Positions 12,108 through 23,422 of a DNA stretch of 37,512 nt are shown here, piece after piece. A program made the position numbers and the translations under genes. The stretch is from assembly GCF_006345805.1 (NCBI RefSeq), contig NW_021836874.1, positions 1-37,512 on the forward strand, written 5' to 3'. Position 1 is the first letter of the stretch. Every line of letters starts with the position of its first letter. Source of the DNA: Octopus sinensis (Eukaryota). The notes under the pieces were generated by a model, which was not told where the DNA came from, did no database searches, and saw only the letters and a list, made by a program, of their open reading frames with translations.

Positions 12108-12757
12108 ATATATATGATGTATGTGTGTGTGTATGTGTTGTTGTGTGAGTGTTTTATATATATATATATATAGAGAGAGAGAGATACATACATATATATA
12201 TGTCTATACATACATATATACATTTACATATATGTATATGTATGTATATGTATATATGTATGTATATATGTATGTATATATATATGTATGTATATATGTA
12301 TATATATACATATATATATATGTTTGTGAGTGTGTGTATGTGTTGTGTGTGTGAGTGTGTTTTTATATATATAGAGAGGCAGAAAGAGAGAGGGAGGAAG
12401 AGGAAGAGATAGTTAGATACATACATATATTTATGTCTATGCATACATATATACATTTACATATGCAATGTGTATATGTATTTATATATGCATGTATGTA
12501 TATATGTATGTAGCATGGATTGATAGAGATGTATGCACGTATGTGTGTATGTATGTATGTACGTGTGTATGTATGCATGTATGCATGTATGAGGTAAAAT
12601 ACAGTCAAAACAAGTCGCTACGTTAGGTATTTTTTCCAGCATTCATTCAGCCGGCAAAATATGTCCTTCCCTTCTGAATGTATTTTATTTCATAAATAGA
12701 CTTTATTTCCGATATGGCATTTGCTACCATCGAAGTGTGATGTGCGAGCGCGCATGT

Positions 12758-12798
<41 letters not shown>

Positions 12799-12851
12799 GT
12801 GTGCTTGTGAGGATATATGCTTGTGATCATCTCTATTTGTACAGGAATGTG

Positions 12852-12917
<66 letters not shown>

Positions 12918-12940
12918 AAATATACATACATATTTATATT
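12010..12940. repeat. Compound (TA)/(TG)/(TATG) microsatellite field with an internal duplication
   Basis: The block agatacatacatatat.tatgtctat.catacatatatacatttacatatg occurs near 12182 and again near 12415. Confidence 0.85.
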
Positions 12941-13311
12941 CTGAGCTAACTACTAATATCCTTTTCTGCAAAACTCACAAGAACATACATTTCGATAGAA
13001 TGGTTTAACAGGGCCAGTTCTAGGTCTGGCGGCTCTCTGAGTAAGGTGAATTTCGGTTCCTTTGCATATATCAATTTTAAAAAAAAAATCATAACTAAGA
13101 AAACTAAACATGTAATAATGATGTATCTAGTACAATAGTCAAGATATGTTTGTCCATCGTAGGACCAAAATAGGTGTTGCAATTATGACTGAAACTGATG
13201 GAAGACAGTCCTACTTTTTCTGCTGAGACCTTCATGTTTGACTAGCGTCTAACTCTAAAGTTTAGAGTCTAAACAATGATGTATAAAACATGTACGCATC
13301 GCAGGATCGCA

Positions 13312-13847
13312 GGATTGGCTGTCTGTGGTAAGCAGCTTGCTTACCAACCACATGGTTCCGGATTCAATCGCACTGTGTGGCACCTTGGGTATGTGTCTTC
13401 TGCTATCGCCTTGGGCCGATCAATGCCTTGTGAATGGATTTGGTAGGCGGAAGCTGAAAGAAGCCTGACGTGTACTATATATATATATATAATATATTAT
13501 ATATATATATATATATATATAATACAAAGGGTTTAATTAATTAATTAGAAGTAATCAATAATTTCACTAAGTAGAATTCGGCATGAAAAAGGGCCATTTC
13601 ACGGTAAACTTAAGTAATACTTTATAATTAGGGTTCAGCAAATATTTGCTGAACCCTATTATAAATATATATATATATATATTATATAGATACGTACATA
13701 TATATATAATATATATATTGTGTGGGTGTGTGTGGGTGTGTGAGTGAGTGTGTGTGGTGTGTGTGTGTGTGTGTGTGTGTGTGGTGTTGTGTGCGTGTGT
13801 GTTGTGGTTTGTGTTTGTTTGTCCCCTTAACACCGCTTGACAACCGA
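13312..13847 (+). mobile_element. SINE family A, interrupted by insertions
   Basis: Head (tggctgtctgtggtaag...ggattcaatc...caccttgggtatgtgtcttc) at 13312-13470. The body resumes at ~13805 and stops at 13847. Confidence 0.8.
13621..13665. repeat. 45-bp near-perfect palindrome with a 30-bp perfect core
   Basis: tagggttcagcaaatatttgctgaacccta (13629-13658) is its own reverse complement. It extends to tttataa/ttataaa with one bulged base. Confidence 0.95.
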
Positions 13848-13848
13848 T

Positions 13849-14087
13849 TTGGTTGATGGAAAGTGAAAGAACGCTACATTGACAAAGGGCAAATACCCTG
13901 AAACACGTCTGTAGCTGTCCTGACTAGCAGTGTGAACGGCTGACCTCCCTTGTTCGAAGGTTATAATGGACACAGTTTGTGTGTCAGATAGCTATCTTAA
14001 GGCGATGGCCTCATGGAGCTAATCAGCGACAGCTTTTAGTCTTATATCTATAAGACTGCCATATTAATATGGCGATAACAATTAATT
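13849..14087 (+). mobile_element. Hammerhead-bearing cassette ending in (TA)n; probable Penelope-like pLTR
   Basis: Non-SINE sequence that cuts off a SINE body, contains the motif at 13873-13915 and runs into (TA)n. Confidence 0.65.
13873..13915 (+). ncRNA. Minimal type I hammerhead ribozyme with a U3:A8 core
   Basis: GCTACA-TTGACAA-AGGG(CAAATA)CCCT-GAAA-CACG-TC-TGTAGC: perfect 6-bp stem I, 4-bp stem II and a GUC cleavage triplet. Confidence 0.8.
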
Positions 14088-14089
14088 AT

Positions 14090-14125
<36 letters not shown>

Positions 14126-14154
14126 ACTATATACATATAAATACATATATATGT

Positions 14155-14368
14155 GTGTGTGTTTGTCGTCTGCCATCGCTTGACAACCGATACTAGTGTG
14201 TTTACGTCCTCGTAACTTAGCGGTTCGGTAAAAGAGACCCAATAGAATAAGTACTAGACTTACAAAGTATAAGTCCTGGGGCTCGATTTGCTCGAGTAAA
14301 TTTTGTGCTCTATCATGGCCGCAGTCAAATGACTTAAAAAGGCCAAGAATAAAAGAATAAAGGAATAA
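14155..14368 (+). mobile_element. SINE family A, 3' half
   Basis: gcttgacaaccgat...cgtaacttagcggttcg...catggccgcagtcaaatgact followed by an aagaataa tail. Confidence 0.85.
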
Positions 14369-14524
14369 CATACAGAGTGTGTTCTATCGAGCGAATTTTT
14401 ATACAACATATATCGTACGTGCCTGACATTTCTACTGTTTCACGAATACTCTGTAATGGTGAAAGAAGGTAAAGATTTTTTGCATTGGCGTCCAGTCACA
14501 CATTTGCACAGGAGACTGGACAAA

Positions 14525-14825
14525 CAGGAGCGTGGCTTAGTGGTTACGGTTTTCGGTTCGCGATCGTAAGGTCGTGGGTTTAATTCTCGGTGGTGCGTTG
14601 AGTCCTTGAACAAGACGTTTTATTTAATGTTGCTCCAGTGCACTCAGATGGGGGAAATGAGCTGTACATGTATTTGCAAGGGCCAGCCTTGTCACATTCT
14701 GTGTCACGCTGAATCTCCCTGAGAACTACGTTAAGTGTAGTTGTGTGTCTGTGGAGTGCTCAGTCACTTGCACACTTATTTCATGATCAACTGGAACCCT
14801 CGTCGTCGCAATCGATGGAGTGCCA
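14525..14825 (+). mobile_element. tRNA-derived SINE family C (CORE-like central segment)
   Basis: A-box tggcttagtgg, degenerate B-box ggtttaattc and a tccttgaacaagac core; homologous to 20682-20955 and 27483-27803. Confidence 0.8.
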
Positions 14826-15011
14826 ATTGTACAAACGGCAAAAAAAAAAAAAATCTGCCTATTTTGAAGTTGATACAGCCACTGTGAGAGGACTGTCAGT
14901 AAATGGTTTGTAAGGCTGGAAAAGTTTTAGTTTTTATTTGGAAGATCTAAAACCTTCCAGTAGCCGTTGACGATGACCTAATTGAAACGGTAATTAAAAA
15001 TAATCCCGATC

Positions 15012-15424
15012 ATGGAGTGGCTGTGTGGTAAGTAACTTGCTAACCAACCACATGGTTCCGGGTTCAGTCCCACTGCGTGGCATCTTGGGTAAGTGTCTTC
15101 TGCTATAGCTCCGGGCCGACCAATGCCTTGTGAGTGGATTTGGTAGACGGAAACTGAAAGAAGGCTGTCGTATATATGTATATATATATATATATGTGTG
15201 TGTGTGTTTGTGTGTCTGTGTTTGTCCCCCTAGCATTGCTTGACAACCGATGCTGGTGTGTTTACGTTCCCGTCACTTAGCGGTTCGGCAAAAAGAGACC
15301 GATAGAATAAGTACTGGGGCTTACAAAGAATAAGTCCCGGGGTCGATTTGCTCGACTAAAGGCGGTGCTCCAGCATGGCCGCAGTCAAATGACTGAAACA
15401 AGTAAAAGAGTAAAGAGTAAAGAG
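15012..15424 (+). mobile_element. Full-length tRNA-derived SINE family A with internal microsatellite
   Basis: A-box tggctgtgtgg, B-box ggttcagtcc, internal (TA)/(TG), tail ggcggtgctccagcatggccgcagtcaaatgactgaaac and (AAGAGTA)n. Confidence 0.92.
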
Positions 15425-15429
15425 TATAT

Positions 15430-15875
15430 GTTACAAGATACCGCATGACACTCCACGAATCATATACGAGCGTTTTAAAAACAGCTGGATTCAGAACTAC
15501 ATTGTTTGTATACCTCACGATTAAAGGAAAACACTTAATGGGCCGCATTTTGTGCCCAACTAACGACTCGAGTCAGAAACTGGTATGCATCCAGTTACAT
15601 TCATGTTTCGGAAACGCCAGCTCAGAATGTTGGGCCATGTGACTCTATTTTTCGAGTTAAACACGCCTTTCCGTGCTTTCTTCAGTGAGGATCACATTGG
15701 GTTGTCGGCTCGTGTTGGTCGACTACTTGCCAGATGGTTATGGCTGAGGAGATATCTCATGGAGATGGGGACTCTACTCTGAGGGTCGCTCGAGACAGGA
15801 GAATATACTAACAAAAAAGTGGTGAATGCAGTCATGCGTTGCAACGGGGGTATTTCTCTACATCTGATCTGACTG
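15430..15875 (+). mobile_element. Decayed 3' end of an RTE-like LINE
   Basis: RKRQLRMLGHV...ARVGRLLARWL resembles the RTE C-terminal RQLRxxGHV...RGRP..W motif; ends in ctgatctgac short repeats. Confidence 0.65.
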
Positions 15876-16339
15876 TATTTCCACACTCAGTTTTCTGCTC
15901 AGATGCAACAAAAATGATCCTTTTTTGAAAATAATGATCATAGGCGAAAGAAAAAAAGGAATGTTTAGAGAAGTATAGCGCAGAACATAACATCCTGACC
16001 GTAACCTTAACCCAGAACATAACAGCCTAAGAGGCATTTATTTCAAAATTCTTTGGTTTGACCATTCCGCAAGCTTTCCATAAATATTCAAAATAAACGA
16101 GGATAATTCATCAATCTACACAATGATTGCTCCGATGAGGTAAAAGGCTCAAACAACCGACCGTGGCGGGATTTGAACTCGGGAGGTAGATTGTCGCAAT
16201 GCATATATATCCCAGAATGCACTTCGTTAATTTACATCAAGTATCTTCTTCTTATTCGTCCCACGACACTGCCTTGGGGATTATAAATATTCATAGGGAC
16301 GCAAAATACAAGAATGGGCAGCAGTGATAATATACAAAC

Positions 16340-16731
16340 AATGATGTCAGTGATGGTTCTGATGATGATGTGGATGCTGATGATGTTGATGATGTCTTTA
16401 TCGGCCTTAAGAGCAATATAAGAACACATTATACAATTAAATGGGCGTTATATATTACAAGGCAAATAAAGAGGTAAACAGATAAAGAAGTGTCGGGGGT
16501 GGCGCTGTGGTGGGGTGGTATGTGGGGGAAATAAACAAACATACAAAATGCGAAATAAATACCTAAATAAATAAATAACAATAATAATGATAACGAATAC
16601 TAACAAACGGTAAGACAGTGATGACGATGATGATGATCTATGATCTTGATGGATTGTCGTCCTCATCATCATTATCATTATCCCCACCATTATCATTTTC
16701 CTCTTCATCATCATCATCATCGTCATCATCG

Positions 16732-16766
<35 letters not shown>

Positions 16767-18091
16767 TTTGTCATCATCGACGCTGTCGTCGTTGTCGTCG
16801 TTGTCGTCCTCATCGTCCTTCTCTTCCTCCGCCTCCTACACCTCCTTGTCGTCGTCGTCATCATCATCATCATCATCATCAGTATAATAATAATCATTGT
16901 CATTGTCATATGATTGCCGTTGTTATCAACCAAGAAGGAAAAAATATACATACATGAAATAGGAATGGATGAGGACGACGACGACAACGAAGAACAAGAA
17001 AGGCGAAGAAAGAGGAGGAGGCGAAGAAGAAGAAGAAGAAGAAAGGAGGAGAGGCATGAGAAGACAAAATGAGAAAGCAGGAAAAGAAGGAAAAGGGAAG
17101 GAGGTGGATGAGGAGGAGGAGGAGAGGATAAGAATAAAAAAGAAAGAGGAAGAAGAAGAGAAAAAGAGGAGGAGAAGGAGAAGAGGAATCGGAAGATGAA
17201 ATGATAAACAAGAAAAGAAAAGGAGGAGGAGGAAAGGATAAGAAAAAGAAAAAAAGGAGAAAGTGAAGAAGGACAACAACAACAACAAGATGATGATGAC
17301 GGTAATGATGATGATGATGATGATGATGTTGATAATGGAAAGAAAAAAGACAAAATGTTCTAGAAGAAAAACAACAACGATGCCGGCAATACCGAGAGCA
17401 GCAGCAACAGCAATTATAAACAAGAACAACAATACCCACCACCACTACCACCACCACGCCCACCACCACTACCACCACCACGACCACCACTACTACCACC
17501 ACCACCACAACAACAACAACATCAACGGCCCCAACAACAATAACAAAAACAGCACCAATCTTTACAACACCGAATAAAGATGGAGATTAGCAGCAAAGCG
17601 GTGCTGACACTGTTAAAAGTAATTGAATTATCCATCTTGACTCTGAAATATTGTGGAAATATTTTACCACTAAATGTTACCATTTAAATAGAATAAAGGT
17701 TGATAAGGGCTAAGAATTCAGTGGCCCTTTGTGAACGGCTAAACGTCATCAGACCCTTCCCACTTCTCCCTTCTCGTCTTAGCATCAACACTTACGCCCA
17801 CCTCCTCATCTCGTAAAACATTGCATCGTGCAAGGCCTTCTTTCCATAACCGCCATCTTTACCACCGTCACTGCCATTAACATCAACGGAAACTTCATCA
17901 CCAGAACCAGAACCAGCACCGTTGCCATCACCTTCAACAGCAACACCACTACCAACACCATCAATACCCCCTGAACCATGGCCACCACTACCACATCCAC
18001 CACCACCACCACCGTCACTGTGACTACCACTGTCACCACTACCACTACCATAATTAACATTACCACCATCGATACTAATATCACCACCACC

Positions 18092-18140
<49 letters not shown>

Positions 18141-18694
18141 GTAACAACAGCACTACCTTCATCATCGCGCTCCAGTCCATCTCCACATGCAACCCCATTG
18201 CCACCACCATCATCAACATCGTCATCAACAGCAGCAGTAGCACCACCATCACTACCACCATCACGACCATCTCCACTGCCACCACTAACGTCAACATCAC
18301 CTCTTACTACCCCCCATCCCAGCTACCATGACCGGCAGCTACAACAAATTTATTAACACCGCAACTACCGCACACTGTTTAACACAGTTTTCGCAGCAGT
18401 CATTTTTGAACCAGTCTACCTCCACCCCTACCACCACCATCACCACCACCACCACCACCACCACCGCCATCACCACCATTACTATCACATCAACAACAAG
18501 AACAACATCAACGTTACTTGTCCAGATTACGCATTTTCACGCAACCACCTCAATATCAACGTCGTTTTCTTTTATTTCTTTGCATCTTCGTTTATTCGGC
18601 CATTAATGGCCACCCCCGCTGATGTTTTTATGTACCCATTCTCACCATATTTCCCTTCGGCATCATCAATCCTCACCACCCACTATCATTCACT

Positions 18695-18728
<34 letters not shown>

Positions 18729-18983
18729 CTCCCTGTATCTCTCTCTTTCTCTCACTGTCTGAGATTCTCTCTTTCTCTCTCTTTTCTAATACAGTTGCTC
18801 CAGTTATATTTTATTTGTGTCTACATAAGAACTAATACTACTACTACTACTATACTACTACTACTAGTACTACTGCTGCTGCTGCTGCTGCTGTTGATGA
18901 TAATATTCATGATGATGATGGTGATGATGATAATGATGACAGGGTTGATGATGACGATGATGACGATTTTGATGGTGATGATG

Positions 18984-19023
<40 letters not shown>

Positions 19024-19180
19024 CAATAATGATAGTAATCATCATCATCATCATCATTATTATTATTATTATGATTATTATGATTATTATCATTATTATT
19101 ATTATAATTACCATTATTATCATTATCATTATTATCGCCAACACTATCATTATTGGTTTTCGTAGAAGTATTATTACTTC
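16340..19180. repeat. Large mosaic of trinucleotide repeats (CAT, CGT, GAA, GGA, GAT, CAC, CAA, CTA, CTG, TAA, TTA) plus (CT)n
   Basis: Direct reading; gives homopolymeric ORFs in several frames on both strands. Confidence 0.95.
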
Positions 19181-19892
19181 CGGAAGCACCCTTGGACAAT
19201 CTTATCTCCCATCCTTAACACAGCCAAACCAACACCCCGCTCTAATATATATCTCCCCACCATCAGCATAGATTGGACTTCAATTTTTGTCTCGATGTGT
19301 CTATATATATGTGTATATATATATTTGTATGTATTTATATATGTGTATATATATATGTGTGTGTGTATATATATGTATATATATATACCTTTACTTATTC
19401 CCTCTCTTCGACCAATAACAGTACATAATAATATGCTTCCCCACCAGATGGTGATACCCGAACACTCCCACGGGATTCAAGGATTGCTCTTAGCCGTAAA
19501 TTGACGCCTTAACTTCATTAATGGCGGTAAATTAAACGAAAACCTGTCTTCGTTAATCAGAAACCATCTGCCTTCGTAGAATGTCAATGTTATTTGTCAC
19601 CTAATTCAAAAGGCAAATAAACGCAAATAGACTCAAATTGTTCACGAGAACTATTCTGTCTCAATTAAGAAAAATTGTGCGCCATAATTCAATTTAATAT
19701 AAAAACACGGGCTAAGAAGCGAGGCTAAACGAGGAAAAGGGAAAGAGAGAGAGAGAGAGAAAGAGACAGATACAAACAATATATATATATACATGTGTGC
19801 GTGTGTGTATGTATGTATATATGTATACACACACACACACACATATATATATATTCATATATATATATGTATACGTATGCATATGTGCGTAG

Positions 19893-19932
<40 letters not shown>

Positions 19933-20248
19933 TTGTATACGGAAAGGGCGGTAAGGAGGCGGGAAATAATTTTGCCTATATTAAATGCATCGCTGTGTTT
20001 ATCGCTGAACAAAAACAGAACTTAAAACATCCTTAAATCGATATGAATGTTCATTATTATCATTTTTCCTTTTTTGTCTTTACTTTCATTTTCACTTTTT
20101 CTATTTTGTAGTTCTATTCCCACCGCACTCATCGCACGGCCGTGTTTTTCGCGCTAAATATGTATTCTCCTGACAAACAAACCATTTTGCGCACAATCAA
20201 CTGGACGCACAGGTACATACATACATACATACATACATACACACGCAT

Positions 20249-20280
<32 letters not shown>

Positions 20281-20681
20281 GTACATACAGACATACACCC
20301 ACTAACAGAGGGAATTAAACACACATATTCTCTCTCAGTCTCTCACACAGAGTCTGCTGCAAGCAGATACGTACGTCCGTACAGGCGCTACAAATGTACT
20401 TGTTAACCAAAAGCCGTTATCAAGAAATCTTGACATAATGGTAATGCTTAATATGCCTGTTTTCCACAGGCACAGGGTAAAAAGGTGTGGTGATTGATTA
20501 AACCAATCTCAGTATATGACTGGCATTGAATACCTTATACGCTTTATTTCTTTCATTCATTGGATTGCGGCCATGATGGGGCACGACTTTGAACAGTTTA
20601 GCCGAACAAGTCGATCCCTGGTACTTACTATTATAATTTTTCGTTTCCTTTTTTTTTTAGTTTGGTACTTATTTTACCGTG

Positions 20682-20955
20682 GTGAAGACACGTAGCTTAG
20701 TGGTTAGGGTATTCGCTGCGCGAATACTTTAACTCGTAGGGTCGCGAGTTCGATTCCCGGCGGCGCGTTGTGTTCTAGAGCATGACACTTTATATCACGT
20801 AACTGCAGTCCACTCAACCGGTAAAAAATGAGTAGTACTTGTATTTCAAGGGGTCAGCTTTGTGACACTGTGTCGCGCTGAATCTTCCTGAGACGTATGT
20901 GAAGGAGCACGCGTGTCTGTGGAGTGCTCAGCCACTTGCACGTTAATCTCACGAG
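20682..20955 (+). mobile_element. SINE family C copy
   Basis: tagcttagtggttagggtattcg...gagttcgattcccgg...gtgtctgtggagtgctcagccacttgcacgttaat. Confidence 0.8.
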
Positions 20956-21019
20956 CTTCTTCCGCAATGACTACATATGTCGATATATATCTATATCTAT
21001 CTATCTATCTATATATATT

Positions 21020-21200
21020 TCTGTGTGTGTCTGTGTTTGTGTATTTCTACCCCACACCACTTAAGGATCGGTGTCGGTGTACTTACGTCTTGGAGTTCAG
21101 CAAAAGACTCGATAGAATAAGAACTGTGCTTTAAAAGGAGGGGCGATACGTTATGCCCTAGCATGGCCTCAGTCTAATGACTGAAACAGGGAAGAGTGAA
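21020..21200 (+). mobile_element. SINE family A, decayed 3' half
   Basis: gatagaataag...cctagcatggcctcagtctaatgactgaaacag. Confidence 0.65.
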
Positions 21201-21220
21201 AATATATGTGTGCGTCTTTT

Positions 21221-21436
21221 GGGGACAGGGACTGAAAAGTTCCTGGGTTTGTGTAAAAGGAAATATAGGCGAATCAGTTAATTATTGATTTATACAACAT
21301 ATTCCCCGTTCCAATAAACACACTTACTGCAGCAGTCCTTCATGTTTTTTAAGACCTGTAAAAGAACTCGGAGGGTTGAGCCTTCAACCAGGCCTTTCGC
21401 AATAGCTTTAAAACTAGGACATTTCAGCACCTCTTC

Positions 21437-21440
<4 letters not shown>
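21221..21440. mobile_element. Mariner-like MITE with degenerate terminal inverted repeats
   Basis: Left end gggactgaaaagttcctgggttt and right end aaaactaggacatttcagcacctcttcgt are imperfect inverted repeats resembling mariner TIRs; no ORF. Confidence 0.7.
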
Positions 21441-21472
<32 letters not shown>

Positions 21473-21502
21473 GTGCGTGTGTGTGTGTGTGTGTGTGTGA
21501 GT

Positions 21503-21645
21503 GTGAACCTGGCAGAATCGTCAGCACGCCGGGCAAAATGCTTAGCGGTATTTCGTCCATCTTGACATACGTTTTGAGTTCAGATACCGCCGAGCTCGAC
21601 TTTGCCTTCCATTCTTTTGGGGTTGATAAAATAAGTACCAGTGGA
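21503..21645 (+). mobile_element. SINE family B copy
   Basis: ctggcagaatcgtcagcacgccgggcaaaatgcttagcggtatttcgtc...gagttcagat...tttgccttccattcttttggggttgataaaataagtaccag. Confidence 0.85.
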
Positions 21646-21819
21646 ACACCTCACCCAAGCTTCCTATGTGGCAAAAGTTTGAAGTAATTATTACTGCCGA
21701 TGGTAGTATCTCTAGAGTGTCTTTTGGGTTATCCTTTCAATTCAGTATTATTCATGGACGGTTCGAGAATTAATCGAATAACCGTTCCATTGAATTTTCA
21801 GGAATTTGCCTATGTTAGA

Positions 21820-22005
21820 GTTTTCTACTCTAGGAACAAGGCCCGAAATTTTGGAGGAGGAGCCAATCTATTAGATTGATCCCAGTGCATAACTGGTACT
21901 TAATTCGACCTCGGCGGAATTTGAACTCAGAAAATAAAGGCAGACGAAATACCTATTTCTTTACTACCCACAAGGGGCTAAACACAGAGAGGACAAACAA
22001 GGACA
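21820..22005 (-). mobile_element. SINE family B chimeric dimer fragment
   Basis: Has the same gaaatacc|tatttctttactacccacaagggg junction (21953/21954) as the tetramer. Confidence 0.8.
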
Positions 22006-22404
22006 ATCAGTGCATGAAAAAGGACAATACAAGGAGTACTCTACGAACTGCTGGAATACTCCAATATACTCAGAATATTTCACCCAGGGTATTTTGAAAT
22101 GCACGATTATATATTTATATATGTTTTGTAGCTTAAATTGAATGTGAAATGAAAAGTTTGTAGGTGAAGATGTTAATTAATTAATAAATTAATGTGTATC
22201 CATTTGATCTCTCCGTTTACAAACTTAATAATTCTATTTTATATTTCATGATATTTTACATTTTACATAATATATTCATTGACGAAATATCTCTTCTAAA
22301 ATATCCATTTAATAGATTTACATATCCACACACACACACATATATATATATATTATATATATATATATATACAGACACAAACACAGAAACACTTACATGT
22401 GTGT

Positions 22405-22606
22405 GTGTGACTTCATCTGTGTTTGTCTACCACCACTGTTTAACAACCGGTGTTGGTGTGTTTACGTCTCTGTAAGGTAGTGGTTCAGCAAACGAAGACC
22501 GATAAAAGAAGTACAAGGCGAAAATAAAATAGTTCTGGGGTTGATTCATTCGACTAAAAAATTTTCAAGGCAGTGCTCCAGCTTCGCCGCAGTTTAGTGA
22601 CTGAAG
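22405..22606 (+). mobile_element. SINE family A, 3' half
   Basis: caaccggtgttggtgtgtttacgtc...ggcagtgctccagcttcgccgcagtttagtgactgaa. Confidence 0.75.
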
Positions 22607-22645
22607 CTATTTTCTAGCTTTTAACGGCTTGACATTTTACTTCTC

Positions 22646-23422
22646 ATTTCTTTACTGCCCACAAGGGGCTACGCACAGAGGGAACAAACAAGGACAGACA
22701 AACGAATAAAGTCAATTATATCGACCCCAGTGCGTAACTGGTACTTATTTAATCGACCCCGAAAGGATGAAAGGCAAAGTCGACCTCGGCGGAATTCGAA
22801 TTCAGAACTTAACGGTAGAGAAAATACCTATTTCTTTACTACCCACAAGGGGCTAAACACAAAGAGGACAAACAAGGATAGACAAAGGAATTAGTCGATT
22901 ACATCGACCCTAGTGCGTAACTGGTACTTAATTTATCGACCCCGAAAGGATGAAAGGCAAAATCGACCTCGGCAGAATATGAACTCAGAGCGTATGGCAG
23001 ACGAAATACCTATTTTTTTACTACCCACAAGGAGCTAAACACAGAGGAGACAAAGACAGAGAAACGGATTAAGTCGATTATATCGACCCTAGTGCGTAAC
23101 TGGTACTTATTTAATCGACCCCGAAAGGATGAAAGGCAAAGTCGACCTCGGCGGAATTTGAACTCAGAACGTAGCGGCAGACGAAATACCTATTTCTTTA
23201 TTACCCACAAGGGGCTAAACATAAAGGGGACAAACAAGGGCAGACATAGGTATTAAGTCGATTACATCGACCCCGGTGCGTAACTGGTACTTAATTTATC
23301 GACCCCGAAAAGATGAAAGGCAAAGTCGACCTCGGCGGAATTTGAACTCACAACGTAGAGACAGACGAAATACCGATAAGCATTTCGCCCGGCGTGCTAA
23401 CGTTTCTGCTAGCTCACCACCT
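22646..23422 (-). mobile_element. Tetrameric SINE family B insertion (one complete unit plus three headless ~180-184 bp units) with a 17-bp target site duplication
   Basis: Plus-strand units start at ~22646, 22830, 23012 and 23192. Flanks are cttgacattttacttct (22628-22644) and cttgacgttttacttct (23421-23437). Confidence 0.92.

Noticed and set aside
14960-14996. Hammerhead-like TTGACGA-TGACCTAATT-GAAA-CGG-TA
   Set aside because: Stem II is weak and there is no stem I.
15012-15090. tRNA gene
   Set aside because: A and B boxes are present but there is no cloverleaf, and it continues into a SINE body; the other SINE heads are the same.
15660-15692. CTGAAGA...GAAA on the minus strand
   Set aside because: No stem II or UH site, and it lies within the RTE-like coding remnant.
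15990-16030. Telomere-like CCTAA/CCCTAA relic
   Set aside because: Too few and too degenerate units to support a call.
16448-19271. Poly-S/H/T/M/I ORFs resembling mucins or His-rich proteins
   Set aside because: Trinucleotide mosaics with overlapping ORFs on both strands, no domain and no clear splice structure.
21752-21796. Hairpin ttcatggacggttcga...tcgaataaccgttccattgaa as a pre-miRNA
   Set aside because: Too short and bulged, with no mature miRNA that I recognise.
23011-23190. HDV-like ribozyme at the start of the headless SINE units (GGTATTT can pair with AAGTACC)
   Set aside because: No P3/L3 directly before the P1 3' strand and no GG for P1.1 after it, so the nested pseudoknot cannot be built.
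22646-23422. CRISPR-like or satellite array
   Set aside because: Units are contiguous SINE bodies with no unique spacers, in a eukaryotic context.
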